DNA from: Candidatus Latescibacterota bacterium
GTDB taxonomy: Bacteria; Krumholzibacteriota; Krumholzibacteriia; WVZY01; JAKEHA01
Assembly: GCA_963707635.1 (NCBI GenBank)
Contig: OY970173.1
Location: 608,001 to 672,000 of the forward strand
Reading direction: 5' to 3'
Length of the DNA stretch: 64,000 nucleotides
Of the stretch, positions 48,286 to 59,448 are shown one piece after another. The position numbers and the translations under genes were made by a program. Positions within the stretch are counted from its first letter, which is position 1. Each line of letters starts with the position of its first letter. Below the pieces are notes generated by a model. That model was not told the DNA's origin, searched no databases, and worked only from the letters and a program-made list of their open reading frames with translations.

Positions 48286-50953
48286 ATGTCTCTGACCCCC
48301 GGCAGCCGACTGGGCCCGTATGAAATCCTCGCTCCCCTGGGCGCCGGGGGGATGGGAGAGGTCTACAAGGCGCGCGACACGCGCCTCCAGCGCGACGTCG
48401 CCATCAAAGCCATCCCCGCCGAATTCGCGCGCGACCCCGATCGCCTCGCGCGCTTCGAGCGCGAGGCAAAGCTCCTCGCGGCGCTGAGCCACCCGAACAT
48501 CGCAGGCATCTTCGGCCTCGAAGAGGTCGAAGGCCATCGCTACCTCGTGCTCGAGTTCGTCGAGGGCGAGACGCTCGCGCACCGGCTCGACAGCGGCCCG
48601 CTCTCCATCGGCGATGCCCTGCAGAGTCGGCCGGCAGATCGCCGCCGCCCTCGAAAGCGCGCACGAGAGCGGCATCGCGCATCGCGACCTCAAGCCCGGC
48701 AACGTGATGATCACGCCGACGGGCGATGCCAAGGTGCTCGACTTCGGGCTCGCCAAGGGCGGCATGGGCTCGGCATCCGCGTCGGACGTCAGCCTGTCGC
48801 ACTCGCCGACGCTGACCCACCAGGCCACCGGCGTCGGCGTCGTCCTGGGGACGGCGGCGTACATGAGCCCCGAGCAGGCGCGCGGCCGCGCGGTGGACAA
48901 GCGGACCGACATCTGGGCGTTCGGGTGCGTGCTGTACGAGTGCCTCACCGGGCGCCAGGCCTTCGCGGGCGAAACGGTCTCCGACCTGATCGCGCGCATC
49001 CTCGAGCGCGAGCCCGACTGGGACGCGCTGCCCGCGCGCACGCCCGAACGAATCCGCGACCTGCTGCGCCGCTGCCTCGAAAAGGACGTGACGGCGCCGG
49101 TTGCGCGACATCGGCGACGCGCGCATCGAGATCGAGGACGTCATCGCGACCCGGTCGTCGAGTCCGCAGGCGACGGCGCCCGTGCGCCTGCCGCGCGTCG
49201 CCCCGCGCCGATTGCTCGGGGCGACCGCGCTGGTCTTCATCGGCGCAACCGCCACGCGCTTCGCGGCGCCTCTGTTCGACCACACGCCGGCGCCGCCTCC
49301 GGTTCGATTCGAGATTCCCGAGGCGCCCGGGACGCACATCGAGGTTGACGGTGTCCATCCGGCGATTTCACCGGACGGCCGCACGCTGGCCTATCGGGCC
49401 TCGGATTCCACCGGGACGTTCCGCCTCTGGGTTCGTCCGCTCGAGTCGCTGACGGCGCGCGAACTCCCGGGAACCGAAGGCGCTCAAATGATCTTCTGGT
49501 CGCCGGACAGCAGATTCATCGGTTACTTTTCGGGACAGCAGAAGATGATGAAGGTGGCCGCAAGTGGAGGAGCCCCGGAAACCATCTGCGATGTAAAGGG
49601 ACCGCGCGGCGCGACCTGGAATCGCGACGGTGTCATTCTCTTCGCTCCAATGTCGGAGGGGCCCATTTACCGCATCTCCGCGAACGGCGGCGCCGGCGTG
49701 CCGGTGACCAGCCTCGATTCGACGGAGACCGCGCATCGCTACCCGGTGTTTCTTCCCGACGGAAAACATTTTCTCTACACGAGTCTCCCTGCGCACGACG
49801 GTATGTACACGATCTATTTCGCGTCGCTCGAGGGAAAAGAACCCAACGCGGTAGTGGACGCGGGCAGCGGCGCCGTGTACGCAGAGCCCGGTTACTTGCT
49901 CTACCAGCGGGAGGACGTCCTGGTCGCGCACACGTTCGACGCGAAGCGCGGGCGCGTCGTGGGCGAGCCGGCTTCTCTCGGCGATCATCCTTTCGGCACC
50001 GGCTTCTCCGGCGGAGCGCCGATGAGCGTTTCCGCGAACGGCACGTTGGCGTACCTGATCAGCCCTCCTTTCGCCACACACCTGATCTGGTCCGATTTGA
50101 GCGGAAAACGGATGCAGCCGGTTCCGATGGTTCCGGGCAACTACCTTAGCGTTGCACTTTCTCCCGACAGCCGCCACGCGGTGTTGCAGTCCGGTTTACG
50201 AATGGGAGTGACCGAGCTGTGGATTGCCGACCTGGAACGCGGCGTGGTGACGCGCCTCACCTACGATACGACGGAGAACGACGGCGCCCAATGGTCTCCC
50301 GACGGAACACGTATCGCGTACACCGCGGCGCAATCGGGGGCGCGCAGAAGATCGTGGTGTCCACCGTGGGAGCCGGGTCATCCAACGACGTGTTCCTGGA
50401 AGACGACCCGGCCTTCAAGAGACTGTGCGACTGGACACCCGACGGGCGCGCCGTGGTCATCTCGCGCCAGGAAGCCGCCACCCGTTGGGATCTCTGGATT
50501 CTCCCCCTCGATGACGATCGCAAGCCGCGGCCGTACCTGGTGACGAAGTACTTGGAAGACAACGCGAAGGTGTCGCCCGACGGGCACTGGCTGTCGTACG
50601 AATCGGACGAGTCGGGGCACAACGAGGTGTACGTGCAGTCCTTTCCGGAAGCGGGGGCGAAATACCAGGTGACGACGGGAGGAGGATTCAACATCGGCTG
50701 GTCGAGCAACGGCCGGGCGCTCTACTATGGAAACCCGGCCGCGCCGGACCGCATCCTCGCCGCCGACGTGCTGCCCGGGCCGCAGTTCCGCCTCGGCCCG
50801 CCTCGAGTCGCCGGCCGCGTGCCCGAGAAGGCATTCGACGCCGATATGACGCGCGACGATAGCAAGCTGCTGGTGCTCATGCCGAACGAACCGGTCCCGG
50901 CGCTCACCATCACGATCGTGGAGAATTGGCCGTCGCTGCTCGTCAAGAAATAG
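48286..50953 (+). CDS. Hanks-type Ser/Thr kinase with TM and TolB/PD40 beta-propeller (frameshifts near 48625, 49090 and 50340)
   Basis: LGAGGMGEVY, VAIK, HRDLKPGN, DFG, GTAAYMSPEQ, DIWAFG; SPDG repeats. Confidence 0.92.
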
Positions 50954-50989
50954 AAGCAGCAAGCACCTGAACGCCCATAGGAGATCGTC

Positions 50990-52177
50990 GTGTACACCCA
51001 ACTCAAGTCGATTCTCGATGCCGAGCTTGCCAACATCCGCGAAGGCGGCCTCTACAAGGACGAGCGCGAGCTTCAGTCCGCGCAGTCCGCGGCCGTCAAG
51101 GTCGGCGGCCGCGAGGTCATCAATTTTTGCGCGAATAACTACCTGGGCCTCTCGTCGCACCCGGCAGTAATCGCCGCGGCGCACAGGGCGCTCGACACCT
51201 GGGGCTACGGCCTCTCGTCGGTTCGCTTCATCTGCGGGACGCAGGAGATCCACAAGCAGCTCGAGCGCGGGATCGCGGAGTTTCTCCACACCGACGACGC
51301 CATCCTGTACTCCTCGTGCTTCGACGCCAACGGCGGCTTGTTCGAGACGCTTCTCGGCGCCGAGGATTGCATCATCTCCGATGAGCTCAACCACGCCTCC
51401 ATCATCGACGGCGTACGGTTGTGCAAGGCCGAGCGCATGCGCTACCGCAATAGCGACATGGGGCACCTGGAAGAATGCCTCAAGGAAGCGCAGAAGTTCC
51501 GCCTGCGCATGGTCGCGACCGACGGCGTCTTCAGCATGGACGGCTTCATCGCGAAGCTCGCGGACATCTGCGACCTGGCGGAGAAGTACGACGCGCTGGT
51601 GATGGTGGACGACTCGCACGCGACCGGCTTCATCGGCAAGACCGGGCGCGGGACTCCCGAGTTCAATAATGTGATTGGGAAAATCGACGTGATGACGTCG
51701 ACGCTCGGGAAGGCGATGGGCGGAGCGTCGGGCGGATTCACCACCGGACGCAAGGAGATCGTCGAGATGCTCCGCCAGCGCTCGCGGCCGTACCTGTTTT
51801 CCAATTCGCTGGCGCCGCCGATCGTCGCGGCATCGCTCGCCGTTCTGGCACTGCTCGAAAAAAGCACCGAGCTGCGCGATCGCCTCGAAGAGAACACGCG
51901 CTACTTCCGCACCGGCATGACCGCTGCGGGCTTCGACATCGTGCCGGGGTCGCATCCCATCACGCCCATCATGTTCGGCGAAGCAAAGCTTGCCAATGAC
52001 GTGGCGAAGGACATGCTGGCCGAAGGCATCTACGTGATCGGTTTCAGCTACCCCGTCGTGCCGAAGGGCAAGGCGCGCATCCGCGTGCAGATTTCGGCGG
52101 CCCACACCAAACCCCACCTCGACCGCGCGCTGGAGGCGTTCCGCAAGGTCGGGAAGAAGCACGGGCTGGTGGGGTAA
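50990..52177 (+). CDS. kbl: Glycine C-acetyltransferase (2-amino-3-ketobutyrate CoA ligase)
   Basis: [62 protein letters not shown]. Confidence 0.96.
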   Translation: MYTQLKSILDAELANIREGGLYKDERELQSAQSAAVKVGGREVINFCANNYLGLSSHPAVIAAAHRALDTWGYGLSSVRFICGTQEIHKQLERGIAEFLHTDDAILYSSCFDANGGLFETLLGAEDCIISDELNHASIIDGVRLCKAERMRYRNSDMGHLEECLKEAQKFRLRMVATDGVFSMDGFIAKLADICDLAEKYDALVMVDDSHATGFIGKTGRGTPEFNNVIGKIDVMTSTLGKAMGGASGGFTTGRKEIVEMLRQRSRPYLFSNSLAPPIVAASLAVLALLEKSTELRDRLEENTRYFRTGMTAAGFDIVPGSHPITPIMFGEAKLANDVAKDMLAEGIYVIGFSYPVVPKGKARIRVQISAAHTKPHLDRALEAFRKVGKKHGLVG

Positions 52178-52557
52178 GAATAAAGAGACAATTAAGTCCT
52201 GATCTGCTAGCATCCTTCTGGACCCCGCTGCAATCAGTAGTGCGCTTCAGCGCATTTGCTGATCTCACTCCTGCGGCCGCAATGCCGCGTGATCCCGCCC
52301 GGGCGTGGACGCTATGATCATCAGGAGCCCGGCCGCTCGACTCGGCACTGGAGGATTCATCGACGCGTCATCGCTGCTCTCGCCGTTCTGCTCCGTGCGC
52401 GCAACGACGGTGATTGTCTCTGCAGGGGGATCACGTAAGGAAGCCGACCATGGCCAATCGATGGTCGCTGATTAGGTAGGAGGGCATTCCGTCGATCGCA
52501 GATACGTCTGCGTCCTTGTCCATGAACCAAGGTGGATACTAACCCGGAGGCATTCCT

Positions 52558-54356
52558 ATGAAGCAACCGTTTCGGCGTATCGCCATGGCGCACGCCTGTA
52601 TACTCATCTTCTCCGCCGGCACGGCAAGTGCGATCAATCAGTTCACCGAGTCTTTCACGACCACAACTTACAAGGATACGCTCAACACCACCGCGGACTG
52701 GAACACCGGTGCTGGTGAGCTTCGGGCATTTCCGTTCGTGCCATTACTGACGACGGTTTGGGACTCGCCGGGGACTGCGCGGGACGTCGTGTTGGCCGGG
52801 GTGACGGACGACCTAGCCCTCGTGGCGGACGGCGCGTTCGGCCTGCAGGTCGTAAGCCGGAGTTCGTCGTGGATCGGCAGCTACGACACGCTCGGAAACG
52901 CGATCTACGTCGCAGCGGCTTTCCCGAATCTCCCGGCATTCGACTCGCCTATAGGTATCCAGGACCCGCTCGACGGCACCGACCGCCTGTTCGTGGTCGA
53001 GCGCGACGGGCGCATCTACGTCTTCCAGAACGACGTCTCCGTCGTGCAGCGCTCGCTCTTTCTGGATATCACCGGTCTCGTCACCACCCAGACCGAAGGC
53101 GGTCTCCTGGGTCTTGCATTTCATCCGAACTATAAGAGCAACGGATATTTCTATGTCGCCTATACCAACGACAGCCCGCGGCGAACGATTCTCTCGCGCT
53201 TCACGAAAAGCGGGAACCCGAACGCGGCCGACCCGGGGAGCGAACTGATCCTGATCGACCTGCCCCAGACCAACCTCCACCACAAAGGTGGCTGCCTGGC
53301 GTTCGGTTCGGACGGGTACCTGTATCTATCGCTCGGCGACGATGGCAACTCCGCCAACAGTCAGAATCTCACGAGGCTCGAAGGAAAGCTGCTCCGCATC
53401 GACGTCGACAACCCGTCGGGCGGGAAGAACTATGGCATCCCGCCCGGGAATCCATTCGCGGGCAGCCCCGGTAGCGAGCGCAAGGAAATCTACGCCTTTG
53501 GATTTCGCAACCCGTGGCGGTTCGGCTTCGACCCACCGACGCGCCAGGAACGGAACTACGGATCGCCCGAATCTTGGAACCAGGAGCGCAACACGCTGTT
53601 CGCAACCCGTCGTCCGGGCGGCTGTGGATGGGCGACGTCGGGCAAGACACGTGGGAGGAGATCGACCTCATCAAGAAGGGTCGCAACTACGGGTGGTCGC
53701 GCATGGAGGGCGACGAATGCTATCCCTCGTCGTCGTCGTGCGACACCACCGGCCTCGACATCGACCTCCCCCTGTTCGCGTACGAGCACGACGGCAGCGC
53801 ATCCATCACGGGTGGATTTGTCTACCGCGGTCCTTCGGTGCCGAGCCTCGCGGGCAAATACATCTACGCGGACTACATCACCGGACAAATGTGGGCGCTG
53901 GCGTACAACGGAATCGATCCTCCGGCCAACACCGAGCTCCCGATCAATCCAGCTCTGTCGTTGTCCGTACCGTCGTTCGGTGTCGACAAGGACAACGAGT
54001 TGTACTTCACGTCTTTCGACGGCGAGGTGTACCGGTTCTTCGAGTCGTCTACCGCCGTGCGGCCTCCGGCACCGCGAGGCGGGACGCTGGTCTCCGTCCA
54101 TCCAAACCCGTTCGCGGCGACCGCCATCGTCGAGTATACGACCGTCACTCCCGGTCGCGTGGTGCTGGAGATTCTCGACGTGCGCGGTCGCCGCGTGAGC
54201 ACACTGGTCGATGGGAAAGTCGGGTCGGGCGCGCACACGGCCGGCTGGGACGGCCGCGATTCGAGCGGACGCGTGCAGGCGAGCGGGGTCTACTTCTGCC
54301 GCTTGACCGTGAAGGGACAACCTTCGGATACGCGGCGTGTTATCCTGCTGAAATAG
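52558..54356 (+). CDS. Secreted PQQ-type glucose/sorbosone dehydrogenase with LVIVD-like N-terminal segment and FlgD-Ig C-terminus (disrupted at ~53540-53610)
   Basis: EGGLLGLAFHP, HHKGG, YLSLGD, GKLLRID, GFRNPWR, GDVGQ..WEE, NYGW; SGVYFCRL...ILLK. Confidence 0.85.
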
Positions 54357-55001
54357 TCAGCCCGGTAGCGCCTTCCGGCGGTGTCGGAAGTAACTGACGA
54401 TCGGCGGGATCACGGTCACCACGATGATTCCCATGATGACGAACGAAAAATTGTTCTTTACGAACGGGATGTTGCCGAAGAAATAGCCGGCGAAGAGAAA
54501 CGTCGCCACCCACGCCATGCCCCCGAACGCGTTGAACATCAGAAAGCGCGGATAGCTCATCGCGCCGATGCCGGCCACGAAGGGCGCAAAGGTCCGAAGA
54601 AACGGCAGGAAGCGCGAAAGCGCAATCGCCTTGCCGCCGTGGCGCTCGTAGAAGGCGCGCGCGCGGTGCAGGTACTCGGCGCGAAAGAACCGGTGGCGGT
54701 CGGTGAACGCCCTCGGCCCGATGTATCGCCCGATCGAGTAGTTGAGCGTGTTGCCCAGGATCGCGGCCGCCGCCAGCAGCACGAAGAGAATGCCGACATT
54801 GAGCCCTCCGGCCGCTGCCAGCGCGCCGACCGCGAAGAGCAGGGAGTCGCCGGGGAGGAACGGCGTCACCACCAGCCCGGTCTCGCAAAAGATAATGAGA
54901 AACAGAATGCCGTACGTCCACGCGCCGTACTCGACGAAAACCTGGTGCAGATGGCGGTCGAGGTGCAGGGCGAACGACACCAGCTCGTTGACGAACTCCA
55001 C
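54357..55001 (-). CDS. dedA: DedA family protein
   Basis: FCETGLVVTPFLPGDSLLF, SRFLPFLRTFAPFVAG. Confidence 0.93.
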   Translation of the reverse strand: MEFVNELVSFALHLDRHLHQVFVEYGAWTYGILFLIIFCETGLVVTPFLPGDSLLFAVGALAAAGGLNVGILFVLLAAAAILGNTLNYSIGRYIGPRAFTDRHRFFRAEYLHRARAFYERHGGKAIALSRFLPFLRTFAPFVAGIGAMSYPRFLMFNAFGGMAWVATFLFAGYFFGNIPFVKNNFSFVIMGIIVVTVIPPIVSYFRHRRKALPG

Positions 55002-55007
55002 GCGCGC

Positions 55008-55838
55008 CTACTTCGCAGCCGGCTTGTAGTACTTCATTGCCTCGGGCATCAGCCGCTTCAGGTCGGCAATGCGCGTCGCGTCGGAGGGGTGCGTGCTCAT
55101 GATCTCGGGTGGAATGGTGCCGGGGGAGCCCTTCGCCATCCGCTCCCAGAACGGCACCGCCGCGTTGGGGTCGTAGCCCGCCATGGCCATGAAGATGAGG
55201 CCGAGGTGATCCGCCTCGCTCTCCTGCGTGCGGCTGAACGGAAGCAGCGCTCCGTATTGCACGCCGACGCCGAACGCCGTCATCCACAATTGCTGGGTCT
55301 GGGCGGGCTCCTTGGCCAGCGCCACCGACAGCGCGGTTCCCAGTCCCTCTGCGACCATCGCCTGGCTCATGCGTTCGGCGCCGTGCTTGGCCACGGCGTG
55401 CGCGATCTCGTGTCCCATCACCACCGCGAGGCCGAGCTCGTCCTGGCACACGGGCAGGATGCCGGTGTAGACGACGACCTTTCCACCCGGCATGCACCAT
55501 GCATTCACCTGGTCACTGTGGACCAGGTTGAACTCCCACTTGTACCCGGCGAGCTGGTCCGGCTGTTTCTGTTCGCGGAAGAACGTCTCTACGGCCGCCT
55601 GGATGCGCGTGCCGATGCGCTTGACCATGGCGGTGCCGGCCTGGTCGGTCGACACCGGGTTCTCTATGAGAAAAGTGTCGTACTCCGCCTCGCTCATGGC
55701 GAGCATCTCCGCGTCGGAGATCATGTGTAGCTGTTTACGTCCCGTGACCGGAACGGTCGAGCACGACCACAGCACGATTCCGGCCAGGATGCCGGCACAG
55801 GCGACCTTCAGCAAACGAAAGCAACTGCGGTGAGACAT
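55008..55838 (-). CDS. M48 metallopeptidase lipoprotein
   Basis: Lipobox LWSC; VNAWCMPGGK, HEIAH, ESEAD, STHP. Confidence 0.93.
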   Translation of the reverse strand: MSHRSCFRLLKVACAGILAGIVLWSCSTVPVTGRKQLHMISDAEMLAMSEAEYDTFLIENPVSTDQAGTAMVKRIGTRIQAAVETFFREQKQPDQLAGYKWEFNLVHSDQVNAWCMPGGKVVVYTGILPVCQDELGLAVVMGHEIAHAVAKHGAERMSQAMVAEGLGTALSVALAKEPAQTQQLWMTAFGVGVQYGALLPFSRTQESEADHLGLIFMAMAGYDPNAAVPFWERMAKGSPGTIPPEIMSTHPSDATRIADLKRLMPEAMKYYKPAAK

Positions 55839-55852
55839 GATTTCCTCCTTGC

Positions 55853-58795
55853 TCACTGGCGAGCCTCGGGGGTGACGTTGAGCGACACGCGCTGGCCATC
55901 GCGCAGAACGACGATGGGAACCGGCACGCCGATCTTCATCGCGTCCAGCGCATACGTGTAGTCGTAGATGTTCTTGATCACCTTGCCGGCGAATTCGACG
56001 ATGACGTCGCCGCCCTTCAGGCCCGCCTTGTCGGCCGGGCCGCCCGCCCGCACGCCCGAGAGCTTGACGCCTTCAATGTCTCCCGCGGCGTAGTCGGGGA
56101 TAGTGCCGAGGTAGATGCGCATCCCCGCGCGCGAGCCGGTTTCGTCCTTCGGGCGCTCAACCTTGGCGAAGGCCGGGCGCTGGCCTCGTTGCTCGACGTC
56201 CACGACGAGGTCGCAGGAGAACTTTGCGATGCGCTCCATTCCTTCATAGTCCAGCGTCTTGCTGTCGTCGGTCGGCCGGTGATAGTCCTCGTGGCTTCCG
56301 GTGAAAACGCTCAAGACCGGGACCCCGTGGGTGTAGAACGCAGTCGCGTCGGTGGGGAGGTAGGGGTCGTCCTGCAGCTTCGCGTCGAAGCCCGCCGCGA
56401 CGTTGCACTTTTCGATCGACGCCTTCCACGCGGGCGACGACCCCACGCCCTGCAGCAGCAGCGTGTTGTCCTTGAGGCGCCCCACCATGTCGAAGTTCAC
56501 GTACGCGGTCACCCGCTCCCACGGGAGCGTCGGGTGCACGGCGAAGTGATTCGAGCCGATGATGCCCAACTCTTCGCCCGACCACGCGGCGAACAGGATG
56601 CCGAAGGGGAACGCGTCCGGATGACGCGCCCGCATGTCGGCCAGCGCAGCGGCCATCTCGAGCACGACCGCCGTGCCGGACGCGTTGTCGTCGGCGCCGT
56701 TGTGGATCTTGCCTTCCTCTCCCTTGCGGGCGAGCGAGCTGGAGGTGCCGCGACCGAGGTGGTCGTAGTGGGCGCCCACCACGATTACGGGCGCGTTCGC
56801 GCTGTCCGTGCCGGCGGGCAGGTACGCGAGGACGTTTCTGCCCGTGCCTTTCTCGCGTTCGATCGCCACCGTGATTGCGGTTGTCGCGTTCGTGAAATCG
56901 AACTGCGCCAGTGCGTGCGGGTTCTCGACGTCCAATTCAGATTGCAGGTCCTTGAGCGACTTGTCACGCGCGTGGAACAATATCGCGGCAGTTTCCCCGC
57001 TGATCGACACCACCGGAATTCCCGAGCCGGCGAGGGACTGGTCGAAGCCAATCGGCTGGAGTGCCCCCGCGTTGGGAGACGTCGGCCCGGTGACCAGCAG
57101 GAGTGCTTTCGCTCCGGCTTCGCGCGCGAGCATGGCCTTGTAGCGCACGCCGCTGTAGCGGTTGAGCTCCATGCGCCGGTCCATGCTCACGGCTTCCGGC
57201 ACGTAGTTGAGCGCGAGCACGACCTTGTCCTTCACGTCGAAACCAGCGTAGGAGTTGTAGGGCGTGCCCGTGTCGCCCGGTGTCTTGAGGCCGTAGCCGA
57301 CGAAGGCGATCGGTCCTTCGACGGTGGCGTTCTCGCTGAACGCGAGCGGGCGGAAGTCCTTCTCGACCACCAGCGCGTGGGCATCGTCACCGACGCGCAG
57401 CGTCATCGCGTTGGCGCCCGGGACGAGCTTGACCCCGGAGGTGAACGGAAACGACTGGTAGTAGCCGCTTTCTTCGCCGATTTCGCGCAGCCCCAGCAGC
57501 TCGAACCGCTTCGCGATGTACGCGGCGGCCTCCTGCTCGCCCTTCGAGCCGGTGAGGCGGCCCTCCAGATCATCCGACGCGAGATACTCCACGTAACGCC
57601 GCAGCTCGTCCGCGCGGATCTCGCTCGAGCCCATCCATTCCTGGCGCGGGGACTTCTTCATCGGCGCCCCCGCGTGCACCCCGCGCGCCGGCGCGGCTTT
57701 CAACGCGGCCCGCGCGGCCTCATGGTTCCAGTCGGCGATGAAGAGTTGCGACACCTTGTCGGCGGTGCGATTGGACGTCCACGCCAGGCGCTTCCCGTCG
57801 GGTGAGAACACCGGAAGTCCGTCGAACCCGTCGGTGAAAGTCACGCGGACCGGGTCCCGGGAGCCGTCGCGGTTCACCAGGTACAACTCGAAGTTCGAAA
57901 ACCCGAGCTTGTTCGACGTAAAGATCAAGTACTCGCCGCTCGGGTGAAAGAACGGCGCCCACGACATCGCCGCGAAGTCGGTGATCTGCTGCTTGTCCGA
58001 ACCGTCCGGCTTCATGGTGAAAACGTCCGCGATGGTTCCCTCGGTGTTGAAGTGACGCCACACGATCCGCTTGCCGTCCGGGGTGAAGAACGGCCCGCCG
58101 TCATAGCCGGGCTCGTCCGTTAGACGCTTCGGCTCGGACCCGTCCGCCCGCATGACGTAGATGTCCGCAAAATACGAGAGGTCGACTTTCGCGCGCTCCT
58201 GGTCATCTGTCGAAAGCATTGCCAACGGGTACGCCGCCCGGTTCGAGCAGAACACGATCCACTGCCCGTCCGGCGAATACGAGCACTCGGCGTCGTAGCC
58301 GGTGGCGCTGGTGAGGCGCACCGCGTCCGAACCGTCGCGCCGGGTCTGGAAGACGTCGTAGGTGGCGTCGTAGTCCCAGGCGTAGCGCTTCTGCTTGCCG
58401 CTTGCGCGCAGGTCGATCTCTTCTTTCTGCTTCGCGATCGCGTCGGGGTCGAGGTGGGTGGATGCGAAGATCACCCGGTCCGCGTCCCGCGGGTGAAAGA
58501 ACGAGCACGTCGTCTTTCCGACCCCCGGCGACACGCGGTGGATGTCGCCGGTCGCGAACGAAAGCATATAGATTTGATAGAACGGATTGTCCGGCTCGCG
58601 CTCGGCCTGGAAGATGAGACTGGCACCGTCGGGCGAAAAGTAGCCTTCGCCCGCGCGTTTGCCCTCGAAGGTGAGCTGGCGGGGGCGCGTGAGAAACGCC
58701 TTTTCATCCACGGCGCTGGACGTGGCTTCGGCCGCCATGACAGCGGATGCGGCGCCCAGGGCCACGGCCCCGGCGGCAAAAATCGAACTTCGCAT
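55853..58795 (-). CDS. Multidomain M28 peptidase (PD40 propeller + PA + M28 + PDZ)
   Basis: SPDG repeats; GAHYDHLG, GADDNASG, GEELG, FDMVG, YHRPTD; C-terminal YLGTIPDY PDZ domain. Confidence 0.92.
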   Translation of the reverse strand: MRSSIFAAGAVALGAASAVMAAEATSSAVDEKAFLTRPRQLTFEGKRAGEGYFSPDGASLIFQAEREPDNPFYQIYMLSFATGDIHRVSPGVGKTTCSFFHPRDADRVIFASTHLDPDAIAKQKEEIDLRASGKQKRYAWDYDATYDVFQTRRDGSDAVRLTSATGYDAECSYSPDGQWIVFCSNRAAYPLAMLSTDDQERAKVDLSYFADIYVMRADGSEPKRLTDEPGYDGGPFFTPDGKRIVWRHFNTEGTIADVFTMKPDGSDKQQITDFAAMSWAPFFHPSGEYLIFTSNKLGFSNFELYLVNRDGSRDPVRVTFTDGFDGLPVFSPDGKRLAWTSNRTADKVSQLFIADWNHEAARAALKAAPARGVHAGAPMKKSPRQEWMGSSEIRADELRRYVEYLASDDLEGRLTGSKGEQEAAAYIAKRFELLGLREIGEESGYYQSFPFTSGVKLVPGANAMTLRVGDDAHALVVEKDFRPLAFSENATVEGPIAFVGYGLKTPGDTGTPYNSYAGFDVKDKVVLALNYVPEAVSMDRRMELNRYSGVRYKAMLAREAGAKALLLVTGPTSPNAGALQPIGFDQSLAGSGIPVVSISGETAAILFHARDKSLKDLQSELDVENPHALAQFDFTNATTAITVAIEREKGTGRNVLAYLPAGTDSANAPVIVVGAHYDHLGRGTSSSLARKGEEGKIHNGADDNASGTAVVLEMAAALADMRARHPDAFPFGILFAAWSGEELGIIGSNHFAVHPTLPWERVTAYVNFDMVGRLKDNTLLLQGVGSSPAWKASIEKCNVAAGFDAKLQDDPYLPTDATAFYTHGVPVLSVFTGSHEDYHRPTDDSKTLDYEGMERIAKFSCDLVVDVEQRGQRPAFAKVERPKDETGSRAGMRIYLGTIPDYAAGDIEGVKLSGVRAGGPADKAGLKGGDVIVEFAGKVIKNIYDYTYALDAMKIGVPVPIVVLRDGQRVSLNVTPEARQ

Positions 58796-59002
58796 TCAGG
58801 TCACCTCGGTTGGGGTTGGGGGACTCATCCTAAGACAAGGCGGGCCGTTGCGCCAGTGGGTTGGAAGGCGAAAATCGTGGGCAGAATTTCCGCGGCGCCG
58901 TCCGTTCGCGGGCCTGGACTCCGTCTTGCCTCGACGCCGTTCCCCCGGCTACCCTGCGGGGAGCGCGCGGCTCCCGCGCGCCGGCAAAGAGGGAGGAGCG
59001 GC

Positions 59003-59404
59003 ATGGTCGAGATCAATTACGCCGCGGTCGTCGTGGCCGCGTTGTCGGGGTTTGCCGTCGGGGCGCTCTGGTACGGTCCGCTGTTCGGAAAACAGTGGAT
59101 GTCCGCCTCCGGTGTCACCGAGGCCGACATCAAGGACACGAACTTTCCGAAGATCTACGGCATCACGTTCCTCATGAGCGTCGTCGCGGCGTTCGTGCTC
59201 GCCCACGTGATCGCGAAGTTCGACGCCACCACGCTGCGCGGGGGTATCGAGGCCGGCTTCTGGATGTGGCTGGGATTCGTCGTGACCGTCCAGGTCACCG
59301 ACGCCCTGTTCAACCGCGGCAGCATGAAGCTGGTTGCGATCGATTCGGGCTACCGCCTGGTATGGGCGGTCGTGATGGGGATCATCCTGGCGGTGTGGCG
59401 CTAG
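59003..59404 (+). CDS. DUF1761 membrane protein
   Basis: INYAAVVVAA..F.VGALWYGPLFGKQW, IDSGY. Confidence 0.9.
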   Translation: MVEINYAAVVVAALSGFAVGALWYGPLFGKQWMSASGVTEADIKDTNFPKIYGITFLMSVVAAFVLAHVIAKFDATTLRGGIEAGFWMWLGFVVTVQVTDALFNRGSMKLVAIDSGYRLVWAVVMGIILAVWR

Positions 59405-59448
59405 AGCGTGCCCGGTACGTCGGCGGCCGTAAGGGCGCCATCGACGAT

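Noticed and set aside
8718..50953. Many frameshifted genes (anti-sigma, transporter, polX, DUF1254, thiL, M1 peptidase, dinB, kinase) as programmed frameshifting or mass pseudogenisation
   Set aside because: Single-base indels in unrelated genes with intact catalytic motifs, sometimes in compensating pairs and without shared slippery sites. This is typical long-read consensus error.
52178..52557. 380-bp intergenic region as an ncRNA or riboswitch
   Set aside because: Only short hairpins (e.g. GCAGA-TACG-TCTGC). I could not match a known RNA consensus; an Infernal search would be needed.
53540..53612. ~70-bp insertion in the GSDH gene as a mobile element or intron
   Set aside because: It reads as a gapped, garbled copy of 53421-53515 (GAACTA.GG.ATC..GCCCG...GAGCGCAA...TTCGCAACCCGT), so it is most likely an assembly artefact. 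No terminal repeats.
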